Virus record (IMG/VR): IMGVR_UViG_3300042559_000515
Span: 1-64,000 of that record
DNA: 64,000 bases
Origin: a virus
Direction: 5' to 3' (one strand)
The notes under the pieces are model-generated. The model was not told where the DNA came from, made no database searches, and was given only the letters and a program-made list of their open reading frames with translations. The translations under genes and the position numbers were made by a program. Below are positions 33,527-41,904 of this stretch, piece by piece. Positions within the stretch are counted from its first letter, which is position 1; every line of letters begins with the position of its first letter.

Positions 33527-33577
33527 GGGCGTAACCTTATCCCTTAGTAAATACTTTCGCAACATTAGAGGTGTTCA

Positions 33578-33703
33578 TCAATAAACTCCCTCGCAACAAG
33601 CATCCCTAGCGCCGCAAGATTCGCACTTATAATGAGCGTGTTCAGGACGCATTTTGCCCCCACACCAAACACATTGAGTAGAGCAGTCTTTGGCATCACT
33701 CAT
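33578..33703 (-). CDS. Small Cys-rich zinc-finger peptide (41 aa)
   Basis: Hand translation MSDAKDCSTQCVWCGGKMRPEHAHYKCESCGARDACCEGVY*. Confidence 0.7.
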   Translation of the reverse strand: MSDAKDCSTQCVWCGGKMRPEHAHYKCESCGARDACCEGVY

Positions 33704-33855
33704 GACACCACGAGGATGATGTCCCAGGAACTAGCCTCAATCTGGATAGCCTTTGACAATACTATGTTCTTATAACCACTAGCCTTGGCAAGGTTTGTTG
33801 CAATCTTGATGGCGTCACTGATTAAAACCGTGTGCACAGGATAGGTTACAAACAT
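33700..33855 (-). CDS. Small hypothetical protein (51 aa)
   Basis: MFVTYPVHTV...IILVVS*; ATGA overlap with next gene. Confidence 0.55.
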   Translation of the reverse strand: MFVTYPVHTVLISDAIKIATNLAKASGYKNIVLSKAIQIEASSWDIILVVS

Positions 33856-33869
33856 AATTTAAAAAAAAA

Positions 33870-34133
33870 TTATTGCTCTGTGCGTGAGATGCCAGAGTCA
33901 GACGCAAGCAACTGTCCTGACCACTCGTTGGCGTTACAGTCTTGACAATTGTCTAAATCTTTACAATTACAGCGTGATGTAATTGCATTGATAAATGCCG
34001 CCTGATTGCGCTGTCCTCGTGAAAGGAAGCCACCGCCACCTCCGAGGTTAATACCCTCAATTGCAGGTCGTTCCATTTCGCTACGGCTTGGTGTATCTGG
34101 ACCGCTACCCATGCCTGATTTTTTCTTTGCCAT
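33870..34133 (-). CDS. Hypothetical protein with CxC..CxxC
   Basis: Leaderless TATAAT 6 nt before ATG. Confidence 0.65.
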   Translation of the reverse strand: MAKKKSGMGSGPDTPSRSEMERPAIEGINLGGGGGFLSRGQRNQAAFINAITSRCNCKDLDNCQDCNANEWSGQLLASDSGISRTEQ

Positions 34134-34166
34134 ACAGAAATTATACCTTAATAGCCAATGGGGGGT

Positions 34167-34568
34167 TTATGACCCTTTTCTAGGGTCAATACCTAAGTTG
34201 AATAAGTGCTTACTGTCATCCCCATACTCAATAGGGATAAACATGTCAGGGTTGATGCTAAATGCCGAAGCGACTCGGTGGTGACCATCAGAGATAACTG
34301 TTTCATCATTCTCTCGGCTGAAGAACTCAATATTGACAGGGTTTTGGACACCCTTTTCTTTGATTGAATCATGGAGGTTAAGGTTGTCATACATTTTTGC
34401 GTAAGAAATAGGGTCCATAGACTCTTCAAGTTTTTCATTTAACAATTCTGGATTTTGTGACATAGGACGCCACTCTTCCAAATCATCACCTGCTGGCATG
34501 TCCATTAACTCACGGGCAGTCATAAATAACTTGAGTTGTTTTGGATTGAGGTGATTTTTAGCCGCCAT
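34167..34568 (-). CDS. ParB/Sulfiredoxin-like protein
   Basis: L.DSIKEKGVQNPV...ISDGHHRVASA. Confidence 0.8.
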   Translation of the reverse strand: MAAKNHLNPKQLKLFMTARELMDMPAGDDLEEWRPMSQNPELLNEKLEESMDPISYAKMYDNLNLHDSIKEKGVQNPVNIEFFSRENDETVISDGHHRVASAFSINPDMFIPIEYGDDSKHLFNLGIDPRKGS

Positions 34569-35419
34569 TAGTAATCCTCTAAACCAGGAAGTTTGGGTTG
34601 TGAATTATTATTTGGCAAATCTTCTTGAGAAAATTGAGTAGACATCTTAGAACGGCGATTTCTTCTAAGTTCGTCCCTTAGTGCGCTTCTTGCCACACGC
34701 ACATCTTCATGTGATACCTCACCACGAAGGTAAATGCCCATGTGCTTTTCTTCAAAAGGTGTGACAATCTTTGGCTCAAACATAGTTGTGTTTACTTGTT
34801 CACTTCCAGGATTGTCTTCATTAGGTTGAATTAATCCACGCTCTACAGCGTGCTTAGCAATACGACTGCTATGAGGGGACAAGTTTGCTGAGGGGATAAT
34901 GTCAGAGTTTAAGTGGTCTTGCTTAATGATTGACATCAATGTTGGAAAAGTGTGTGTTGCATGCTTATCAAAGTACGCATTAGAAATTTCTAGAGTACCC
35001 CTCTGTTCCCCAAACAGTTTCCCAGTATTAACCATAGGGTGATTTTTAATAACCTCTACTGCCCTACTAAAACCCTCTGGGTCTGTCCTATGTGTAGCCT
35101 CGTCATTGATGACGCTACTGATGGAAGAAACATCTTCTTCAGACATGTTGGGGTCATTGAAGTCACTGAGGTGTTTGATTAGTTCATGAGAGACACCAGT
35201 GGCTCTACTTAGGTGACGGGTAGGTGCGTACTTACCCCGTTCGTTTCCATTGTCCCAGATAGGTCCGTTAAAACCTGGGTTATGGATTACGCCTACTTCA
35301 CCCCAAGCGTGGCCTGCAAGAGCACCGCTTCCAACTAAAGCGTCACTGTCAGTTGCAACAGCACGGTAACTCTTCCAACCTGCACCAAAGTTACCGTCTC
35401 CCCTAAAGTACCTACCCAT
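34568..35419 (-). CDS. Island paralogue 1 (divergent), unknown function
   Basis: Shares TG.S, LF, SANLSPHSSRI, RGL...DNP..E..NT and V..AR with 36440-38957. Confidence 0.75.
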   Translation of the reverse strand: MGRYFRGDGNFGAGWKSYRAVATDSDALVGSGALAGHAWGEVGVIHNPGFNGPIWDNGNERGKYAPTRHLSRATGVSHELIKHLSDFNDPNMSEEDVSSISSVINDEATHRTDPEGFSRAVEVIKNHPMVNTGKLFGEQRGTLEISNAYFDKHATHTFPTLMSIIKQDHLNSDIIPSANLSPHSSRIAKHAVERGLIQPNEDNPGSEQVNTTMFEPKIVTPFEEKHMGIYLRGEVSHEDVRVARSALRDELRRNRRSKMSTQFSQEDLPNNNSQPKLPGLEDY

Positions 35420-35649
35420 TACTTAGACTTCTTATCTACTTTATTAAAGACATCGTTGATTTCGTCAACGGTAAGTTTTCCATCATCCATGAAGGCACGA
35501 GCAAGACCTTCAACTACAAATGAGACACCGCCAATACCTGCCATCAGTACGGCTTTCCATAGTGGAATACCAGCAATAGCGCCTGCGCCAACAACGGAAA
35601 GACCAGTGGCTGCAAAAGTGGCAAGAATACGGAGAAGAATCTGTTTCAC
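35419..35649 (-). CDS. Two-TM holin-like protein
   Basis: Hydrophobic helices then DDGKLTVDEIN; leaderless TAAAAT. Confidence 0.7.
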   Translation of the reverse strand: MKQILLRILATFAATGLSVVGAGAIAGIPLWKAVLMAGIGGVSFVVEGLARAFMDDGKLTVDEINDVFNKVDKKSK

Positions 35650-35664
35650 AGACTCTATTTTACA

Positions 35665-35838
35665 CTAACCGCCGTTGCGGTAAAAGCCACGACCAACAAG
35701 GTTGACCGATGGGGTGCCGAAGACCTTTTTCATCTGTTCTTGGCACTCTGGGCAGATAACTACTGGCTCTTCGGCATGAATTGACCGACTCTCCTCGTGG
35801 GAGTGGTCATTTGAGCATTTGTACTGATATGTAGCCAT
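35665..35838 (-). CDS. FmdB-family zinc ribbon protein (57 aa)
   Basis: Hand translation MATYQYKCSNDH...CPECQEQMKKVFG.P.V...GRGFY. Confidence 0.85.
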   Translation of the reverse strand: MATYQYKCSNDHSHEESRSIHAEEPVVICPECQEQMKKVFGTPSVNLVGRGFYRNGG

Positions 35839-36021
35839 TTAGTCGTCTTCAAATTTATTTTTCTGGAACAGGTACGCAGGGTAGGAATCCATAAAGTCAT
35901 CCGTCTCGTTTTCACGGCGCTCACGAAGAATCTGTTTCTGCTTGCGCTTTTTGTGCTCATTGTCAAACTGTGGACTTAATTTCTTTTGACGAAATTCGTT
36001 GAGGTCTACTACATCACCCAT
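35839..36021 (-). CDS. Small hypothetical protein
   Basis: MGDVVDLNEFRQKKLSPQF; TAGAAT upstream. Confidence 0.6.
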   Translation of the reverse strand: MGDVVDLNEFRQKKLSPQFDNEHKKRKQKQILRERRENETDDFMDSYPAYLFQKNKFEDD

Positions 36022-36035
36022 ATGTTCTTATTCTA

Positions 36036-36440
36036 TCAATAAGTGTCGTAGTGGTAGTCTGAGTCGTCAAAGTGTGGCAAATCCACTTTATGGTCTGCCT
36101 GTGTTTGGTAGTCATAGTAATTAGCATAACCAGGACCGACTTCATAATTTACAGGAATGAACTGGTCTGGGTTCAAACGATGTTGTGCGGCAATACGGTG
36201 GTGCCCGCCAACAATATACTGGTCCTTAGGGTGTAGAGAAACAGGAATCTGTACACCTGTCTCCTTGATGCTGTCCATCAAACCATTTTGTTCCGCTTCA
36301 TCAGCCTTGCGTTCCCACAGTTCATCTGTGGATTCACCAGGAAGGTAGTCACCGTCAATTGGTTCAAAATCTTTGACGATTTCTCGTGCAGTCATAAACA
36401 GTTTTAACTGATTTGGATTTTCTTGTTTTTTCCGAGCCAT
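36036..36440 (-). CDS. ParB/Sulfiredoxin-like protein
   Basis: LMDSIKETGVQIPV...IVGGHHRIAA; paralogue of 34167-34568. Confidence 0.8.
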   Translation of the reverse strand: MARKKQENPNQLKLFMTAREIVKDFEPIDGDYLPGESTDELWERKADEAEQNGLMDSIKETGVQIPVSLHPKDQYIVGGHHRIAAQHRLNPDQFIPVNYEVGPGYANYYDYQTQADHKVDLPHFDDSDYHYDTY

Positions 36441-37267
36441 TACACGAATCCTTCCATTCCAGGCAAAAACTGGTCACTCAACCCTTTTCTAGTGACAGGA
36501 GTAGTGTTTCTAATCTTAGGCTTGCGGAGCATCTCACGAACATCCTGTCGTGCGGCACGCACCATATCAGGGTGAATGGCTTCATCGGGTTGGTCATTAC
36601 CCCACACATTGTTAGCAAACTCACTACCTACAGAACGATTATGTTGTCTGATGGTGTTTGTTACTTCTGCGTTAGGGTTTGCGGGGTCTGTTTCAACTAA
36701 ACCCTTATCTAGTGCTGTTTTAGTCAATTTACTACTATAAGGAGATAACGAACCAGACGCAATTATTTTTTCTGCACCTAAATCACGCTTGGCAAGGGCG
36801 GCAAGGGTAATAGCAGTGTGGGGCATACTTGGGTCCGCAACCATGTTGTCAATTTGTATAGACGATGGTATTCGTTCAAATAGAGTTTCTGGTTGAAAGT
36901 ATTTGTTACCCTCTATGTGTGGCTTCATTGCCTCTTTATCAAAACCCCCACTACGAAGAGCATGTAGTATCTGGTTTGCGGAATCTTCGTGACCAGTCCA
37001 GTCATCTTCTGGAATACTTTCAATTTTGTCCGAAATGTGTCTTAGATAATTATTACTTAAACCTGTCACATTGTATGGGTCACGGTAATTAGTTTTTGCA
37101 CTATTATCAAAAGGGACAACATACTTTGATGGCGAGTGTGACACACTGATACTTGCGTATGGTCGGCGCTTTTCTACACCACTAAGTGTTTCTACCTCAA
37201 ATTCATTACCTACAGCGTTATATGTAGACATGTCTTCTTCATGGTTTTTAAAGTATTCAATTGCCAT
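36440..37267 (-). CDS. Island paralogue 2, unknown function
   Basis: Ends GLSDQFLPGMEGFV. Confidence 0.8.
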   Translation of the reverse strand: MAIEYFKNHEEDMSTYNAVGNEFEVETLSGVEKRRPYASISVSHSPSKYVVPFDNSAKTNYRDPYNVTGLSNNYLRHISDKIESIPEDDWTGHEDSANQILHALRSGGFDKEAMKPHIEGNKYFQPETLFERIPSSIQIDNMVADPSMPHTAITLAALAKRDLGAEKIIASGSLSPYSSKLTKTALDKGLVETDPANPNAEVTNTIRQHNRSVGSEFANNVWGNDQPDEAIHPDMVRAARQDVREMLRKPKIRNTTPVTRKGLSDQFLPGMEGFV

Positions 37268-38100
37268 TAGACAAAACCTTCCATGCCTGGGAGGAACTGG
37301 TCGCTAAGTCCTTTGGCTGTCACTGGCTTGGGATTGCGCTTGCGACCAAGAATCTCACGCACAGCCTCTTTACCTCGGATAACACTTGTATCAGGGATAG
37401 GTGCTCCTTTTTCACGGATAACATCTGCGTATTCACTTGACATGGTGTGACGAAGTTGTCTTTGCTCCTCATAGTCACCAGCGGTGCTTTCTGCGCTTGG
37501 GTTACCTGAATGGGCACTAACGGGTAGCCCACGCTTAATGGCGTTTTGTGTCAGTTTGCTACTGAACTTTGTCAGTGAACTATCTGCCACAAATGGCGCA
37601 CGGTTCCCCTCATCGTAGGCAATACCAAGAAGGTTGATACCTGCGGCATTCATGGAGGGGTCAGAGTACATTCCGTTAATGTATGTCTTTGCAGGTTTTG
37701 ATTCATAAAACAAATGTTCTGGTGTAATGTGGGGGTTGGTGCGTGCCTGCTCCACCGCCCAATCCATTGTCTTACCGTGGCTTGGATATCCTCTAAGAAC
37801 ACCAAGCGCACGCATAGCATCCATTTTTTCAGGGTTATCGGCTATATCTGGTTCGTCAAGTAATGAACGATACCTTTTGGTCAGGTATTCGGGGTGGAGA
37901 CCAGTCTGACCACTGTCATCAGCGTAATTAGGACCTTGTTCATCATCAAAAGTAGGGGTGTACTCTGCAAACTGGTGATATGTACCTACATTTGCATTCG
38001 GCACCGCACCAGTCTCAGGTTTTGGTGTACCTAATGCTCTGTAAAACGACTGAAACCCACCAGGGTAGTGTTGGCGAGATTCAAGAATATATTCAGGCAT
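37267..38100 (-). CDS. Island paralogue 3, unknown function
   Basis: Ends GLSDQFLPGMEGFV. Confidence 0.8.
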   Translation of the reverse strand: MPEYILESRQHYPGGFQSFYRALGTPKPETGAVPNANVGTYHQFAEYTPTFDDEQGPNYADDSGQTGLHPEYLTKRYRSLLDEPDIADNPEKMDAMRALGVLRGYPSHGKTMDWAVEQARTNPHITPEHLFYESKPAKTYINGMYSDPSMNAAGINLLGIAYDEGNRAPFVADSSLTKFSSKLTQNAIKRGLPVSAHSGNPSAESTAGDYEEQRQLRHTMSSEYADVIREKGAPIPDTSVIRGKEAVREILGRKRNPKPVTAKGLSDQFLPGMEGFV

Positions 38101-38957
38101 CAGACAAAGCCTTCCATACCAGGTAGAAACTGAGCGCTGAGACCCTTCTTTGTGACAGGCGTGTTATTTCGGGCTGGTGTGCCACGCTGACCACGAAGCC
38201 ATCCACGGATGTCATCCCTAGCACCCTTTACTTCTTCTGGAGAAATTGGTGTCTCTGGCTGGTCCATACCCCAAGGGTTATCTTGTCTTTTTACCCTGAT
38301 AGTCCGCTTGCTCTTGTCAATGTCATTTGTAATCTCTGCTTCGGGGTTATCCCGATGTGTTTCAACTGGCAGACCTCTGGTTACAGCATTCCTAACCAAT
38401 TGGCTACTAAATGGAGATAGGTCATCAGATGCAATTATCTTTTCTGCCTTTTGGTCACGCTTTGCAATAGCGGACAAAGTCATGGCTGTGTGAGCCATAC
38501 TTGGGTCAGACACCATATTTGTAATCTCTATAGACGATGGAACCTCTTCAAACAAAGTTTCTGGTTGAAAATGGGGGTTACTCCGCATCTGACCCCGTAC
38601 ATATGCCTTACTGACAGGGTCTGACATGTGCATGATGCCGATGGTGTGCATGGCATCGTCATCATAGCCAGTCCAGTTATCTTCACCTTTTTTTGTAAGT
38701 TTGTCTGCCAGATGACTTACATAATCATCGCTGAGACCAGTGTCTGTGTAGGAGTCACCACCAATATTTGTGTAGGGTACGACAAACCTTCCTGGCCTGT
38801 GCTTTACATTAATTGTTGCAAAAGGTCGCTCTTGTAAGTCACCTGGGTCATCAGGAAGTCCAAAGAATGGGTCAGGCTCTACATCAACAGGCTTTCCTAA
38901 TGCGGTGTAGGAAAAATTACCTTCGTAATCTGTGTTCTTAGAGTAATCAATTGCCAT
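38100..38957 (-). CDS. Island paralogue 4, unknown function
   Basis: Ends GLSAQFLPGMEGFV. Confidence 0.8.
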   Translation of the reverse strand: MAIDYSKNTDYEGNFSYTALGKPVDVEPDPFFGLPDDPGDLQERPFATINVKHRPGRFVVPYTNIGGDSYTDTGLSDDYVSHLADKLTKKGEDNWTGYDDDAMHTIGIMHMSDPVSKAYVRGQMRSNPHFQPETLFEEVPSSIEITNMVSDPSMAHTAMTLSAIAKRDQKAEKIIASDDLSPFSSQLVRNAVTRGLPVETHRDNPEAEITNDIDKSKRTIRVKRQDNPWGMDQPETPISPEEVKGARDDIRGWLRGQRGTPARNNTPVTKKGLSAQFLPGMEGFV

Positions 38958-39358
38958 TACGAGTTCTTTAGACGGCGGTTGACGAAATCTGCCTGCTCTT
39001 GAGGTAAATCAGGTCCAGCGGTTGGTCTACGAGTTGTGACAAGGTTTCCTGACTCATATGCCTTCATAGCAGCGCCCATCAGTGCAGAACCAACGCCTTT
39101 TCCACGGTGCTCTGGCTCAACTTCAAGACTTTCAACTGAGTTTGGTGCAAGAGTGGGGTTCATGGAGTAATAAGCATCACCCGTTCCATGCAGTACCAGA
39201 CGACCCATCACATCTTCGCTTGTGTAACTCCCACCATCATTAGGAAGTGCAGTCAATGTGGTGTACATAGGGTAGCGACCGTCCTCAAAAGGTAGTCGTT
39301 CATCAGAATGCTCTAATGAAATTTGAAACTGATTGAGGTTGAGATGCTTCTTAGCCAT
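38957..39358 (-). CDS. GNAT-family acetyltransferase
   Basis: VESLEVEPEHRGKGVGSALM (motif A, RxxGxG). Confidence 0.85.
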   Translation of the reverse strand: MAKKHLNLNQFQISLEHSDERLPFEDGRYPMYTTLTALPNDGGSYTSEDVMGRLVLHGTGDAYYSMNPTLAPNSVESLEVEPEHRGKGVGSALMGAAMKAYESGNLVTTRRPTAGPDLPQEQADFVNRRLKNS

Positions 39359-39417
39359 ACACTTAGTTTACTATGGTCAAACGGCGAATTTTTTTACTCC
39401 GTTCAGCGCCCTAGTTG

Positions 39418-39687
39418 TCAGCGCCGCCTGTTTCGCTGTTCTGCATTTGCTTGACGAGTCTGGATACCCAACTTACGGGCGACCGCTACCTCACGATGGA
39501 ACTGCTCTGGGTTGTGTTGTGCCATCCGTGACATGTGTTGCCAGTGTGTACGGTCCATGTTCCAGCCCGTAGCCGCCTCTACACCTTCTTTTAGGAGTCC
39601 AAAGCCAATCCTCTTGGGGTGTTTTTGCAACTCATTGGAAATAATGTTCTTATTTTCCTGGTGTTCTTCGTCAGAAATCTTTGCCAT
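39418..39687 (-). CDS. Hypothetical protein
   Basis: GAGGAG SD before MAKISDEE. Confidence 0.65.
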   Translation of the reverse strand: MAKISDEEHQENKNIISNELQKHPKRIGFGLLKEGVEAATGWNMDRTHWQHMSRMAQHNPEQFHREVAVARKLGIQTRQANAEQRNRRR

Positions 39688-39691
39688 AGCC

Positions 39692-40018
39692 TTAACTCCT
39701 CTTTTGAGTCCAGTGTTCACCTGCACGGTGCTGATTAATGACTCCTACACCGTCCTTGTGGGTGGCAACATCTTCCAAAATGTCTCCAGAGGGGCTGAAA
39801 ACGCTACGAAGACCACCAACTGGGGTGTGTTCTAGTCCATAACCGTCTACTGCAACGAATCCAACACCCCATTTAGCGTCAGAATCGGCTTCATAAGGGG
39901 AAAGACCTGCATCATGGAGCACATCATGACCAATAAAGCGTTCTCCAGCGACCGTCATCTTCTCACGGCGGTGTGCAGACTTCAGTAATGCGTTGAATTG
40001 GTCGGGGTTAAGTGCCAT
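39692..40018 (-). CDS. Hypothetical protein
   Basis: Starts MALNPDQF; leaderless TAAACT. Confidence 0.7.
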   Translation of the reverse strand: MALNPDQFNALLKSAHRREKMTVAGERFIGHDVLHDAGLSPYEADSDAKWGVGFVAVDGYGLEHTPVGGLRSVFSPSGDILEDVATHKDGVGVINQHRAGEHWTQKRS

Positions 40019-40027
40019 TTACCTAGT

Positions 40028-40219
40028 TTACTTCAAGATTCCCCATGTGGGATTAGGTTGGAACCTGATGTCATTGGACTCAAAATGCTTGACAATACCC
40101 GACTCAAGCACGACAACCCAGCAGGTGTTAGCGCCCCAGCCATAATCAATGAGTAAAAGTGCTACCCCATCACCGAGAGGGGTAGAAACCTCTAGTGGCT
40201 GTTGGAATTCGTGAATCAA
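40028..40219 (-). CDS. Small beta-rich phage protein
   Basis: P..V.TPLG.G.A.LLIDYG...N..WVV pattern. Confidence 0.7.
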   Translation of the reverse strand: MIHEFQQPLEVSTPLGDGVALLLIDYGWGANTCWVVVLESGIVKHFESNDIRFQPNPTWGILK

Positions 40220-40627
40220 TTAGTCTCGTTCGTGGAGATAGGTCTCATCTTCACGATGCACATGTGCGGGAAGGCGTTCCGACTGCGCCTCTGGGTCGTT
40301 CACAGCCTCTTTGTAGGTCACAGGGACCATCCATGAGGGGTCAATGTCATGTGCGGCGGCAATACGGTGTGCACCATTGACAATACTGGTCTGACCACGG
40401 CTCCTGCCAAGACGAATGGGGTTGACCATCCCCTCTTTACGCAGGCTCGTATGCAGTCCTGACTTATATGCTTCATCGCTTTTGCGATTCCAGAATAATT
40501 CTTCAGAAGGATGACCAGACCTAGTGACATCTTTTGTGGTCATTTCAAGGTCTGAGCCTTCAAGTTCTTCACGGAGCATGCTGGCTGGCATAAAGAGTTG
40601 TTCGTTGAGGTGATGCCAAGTAGCCAT
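40220..40627 (-). CDS. ParB/Sulfiredoxin-like protein
   Basis: GLHTSLRKEGMVNPI...IVNGAHRIAAA; leaderless TATACT. Confidence 0.8.
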   Translation of the reverse strand: MATWHHLNEQLFMPASMLREELEGSDLEMTTKDVTRSGHPSEELFWNRKSDEAYKSGLHTSLRKEGMVNPIRLGRSRGQTSIVNGAHRIAAAHDIDPSWMVPVTYKEAVNDPEAQSERLPAHVHREDETYLHERD

Positions 40628-40740
40628 CTATCCAGTATAGGGCTATCTAGGTGTGCAGGTGATTGTCCCGATTCCTGGTTAGGGCTATGTGGTGCGTGGG
40701 TGGTTTAGGGCTTAGTCGGTCCTACCCCCCACCCTGTCCG

Positions 40741-40770
40741 AGGGTACCACTTAACCATGGGGGGTGTCAA
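40741..40770 (-). promoter_or_regulatory. Sigma70/SigA-type promoter facing the accessory island
   Basis: TTGACA-18 nt-TACCCT with extended -10 TG. Confidence 0.5.
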
Positions 40771-40780
40771 GCCCTGAGCA

Positions 40781-40853
40781 TATGACATTCGTCACATGTG
40801 CCCATCGTCACACCCCCGACCATGTGACCTTCGTCACAGTGACCTTTGTCACA
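40781..40853. promoter_or_regulatory. Four tandem CRP/FNR-type boxes (TGTGA-N6-TCACA)
   Basis: 40781-96, 40797-812, 40823-38 (perfect) and 40838-53. Confidence 0.7.
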
Positions 40854-40875
40854 CCCCGTTTACTTGACATCCAGG

Positions 40876-41218
40876 AAACCCTTACACCGCAAGGGTTTGC
40901 GGGGTACTCATCATAGTTCCCCCCCAATGTCAACCCCCCCTACTCCCCAGTAAACCCTTATGGCATAAGGGAATCCTCTCAGACGCTCTCTAAGCCCCTC
41001 TACCCATGAGTAACCCCCTCTAGGCACCTAGCACCCATTTTGCGCATTTAAACGGCTCTACGGCGATTCTGCATGTTTATGCAGGGCTTCAAATACCCCT
41101 GATTTCATTGACTATTTGAAGATTGAGCCTGTCAAAAACACCAATGAAAACGGGCTTTTTGGTTTTGACATCGCAGATATTCCATACATCCCATGAAACC
41201 CTTGAGCCATAAGGATTT
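40876..41218. repeat. Three copies of palindrome AAACCCTT-N7-AAGGRWWT
   Basis: 40876-98 (perfect), 40952-74 and 41196-218. Confidence 0.75.
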
Positions 41219-41904
41219 GCGCCCATTTGGCACATATTTCATACAGAAAATGATGCATGAACATGCACTACAACTGGGGCTATGGAATCAGGGGCACACA
41301 CAAGGGGGCGAGGGGGGCAGGTATTCCCCACACCTCCGATGCCCAAGGCACAATCCCGATGCCCCAGCACACCCCTGAGCCTCCAGCACCTACTCCCCCC
41401 TCAGACCACACAGAAGAGCCTTCAGAGCGTTCAAATACCCTCTCTGCCACCTGCATACCCTCCCCCTGTCTTCCCCCTATCAGAGGCTCTCCCAGCACGG
41501 TTTGGGCGCCCTTTTCCTCACCCCCCTATCCCTCGGAGCCTTGCCATATATGGGCAAAAAAAGAATCAGAAAAAACATTTGAAAACTATTGACATTCCGA
41601 AATGCCCTCTGCGAGACTGGGGGTGAGGGGCGCTTCGGCGCCTCGCTCTTTGAAAACTGAAGATTCCGCCGTGTTCTTGATGGCTGGGCTTTGCCCATTC
41701 CATAGCGCCCTGTTCCTGTCCTGCCCTAAGTCCTTGGGCATTGCAGTTCAGATTCAGTTGCCTCCACGGTTCATGGAATCCAGTCAGTCCCTTGAAAATT
41801 GAAGATTCTCCGCCAGCAGAGCAAACGCTCGCCACGCTGGTTTACGGTCAGAGCACTTGACCCAGTTCATACGAAGCCCTTGGCAGGGTGAGAATCAATC
41901 AGAT

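Noticed and set aside
32924-40627. Plasmid-type parABS partition system
   Set aside because: No ParA ATPase in the window, and the ParB-like proteins lack HTH and dimerisation regions.
41193-41835. Short ORFs in the divergence region
   Set aside because: Low-complexity Pro/Gly translations of C/G runs on both strands, with no convincing translation signals.
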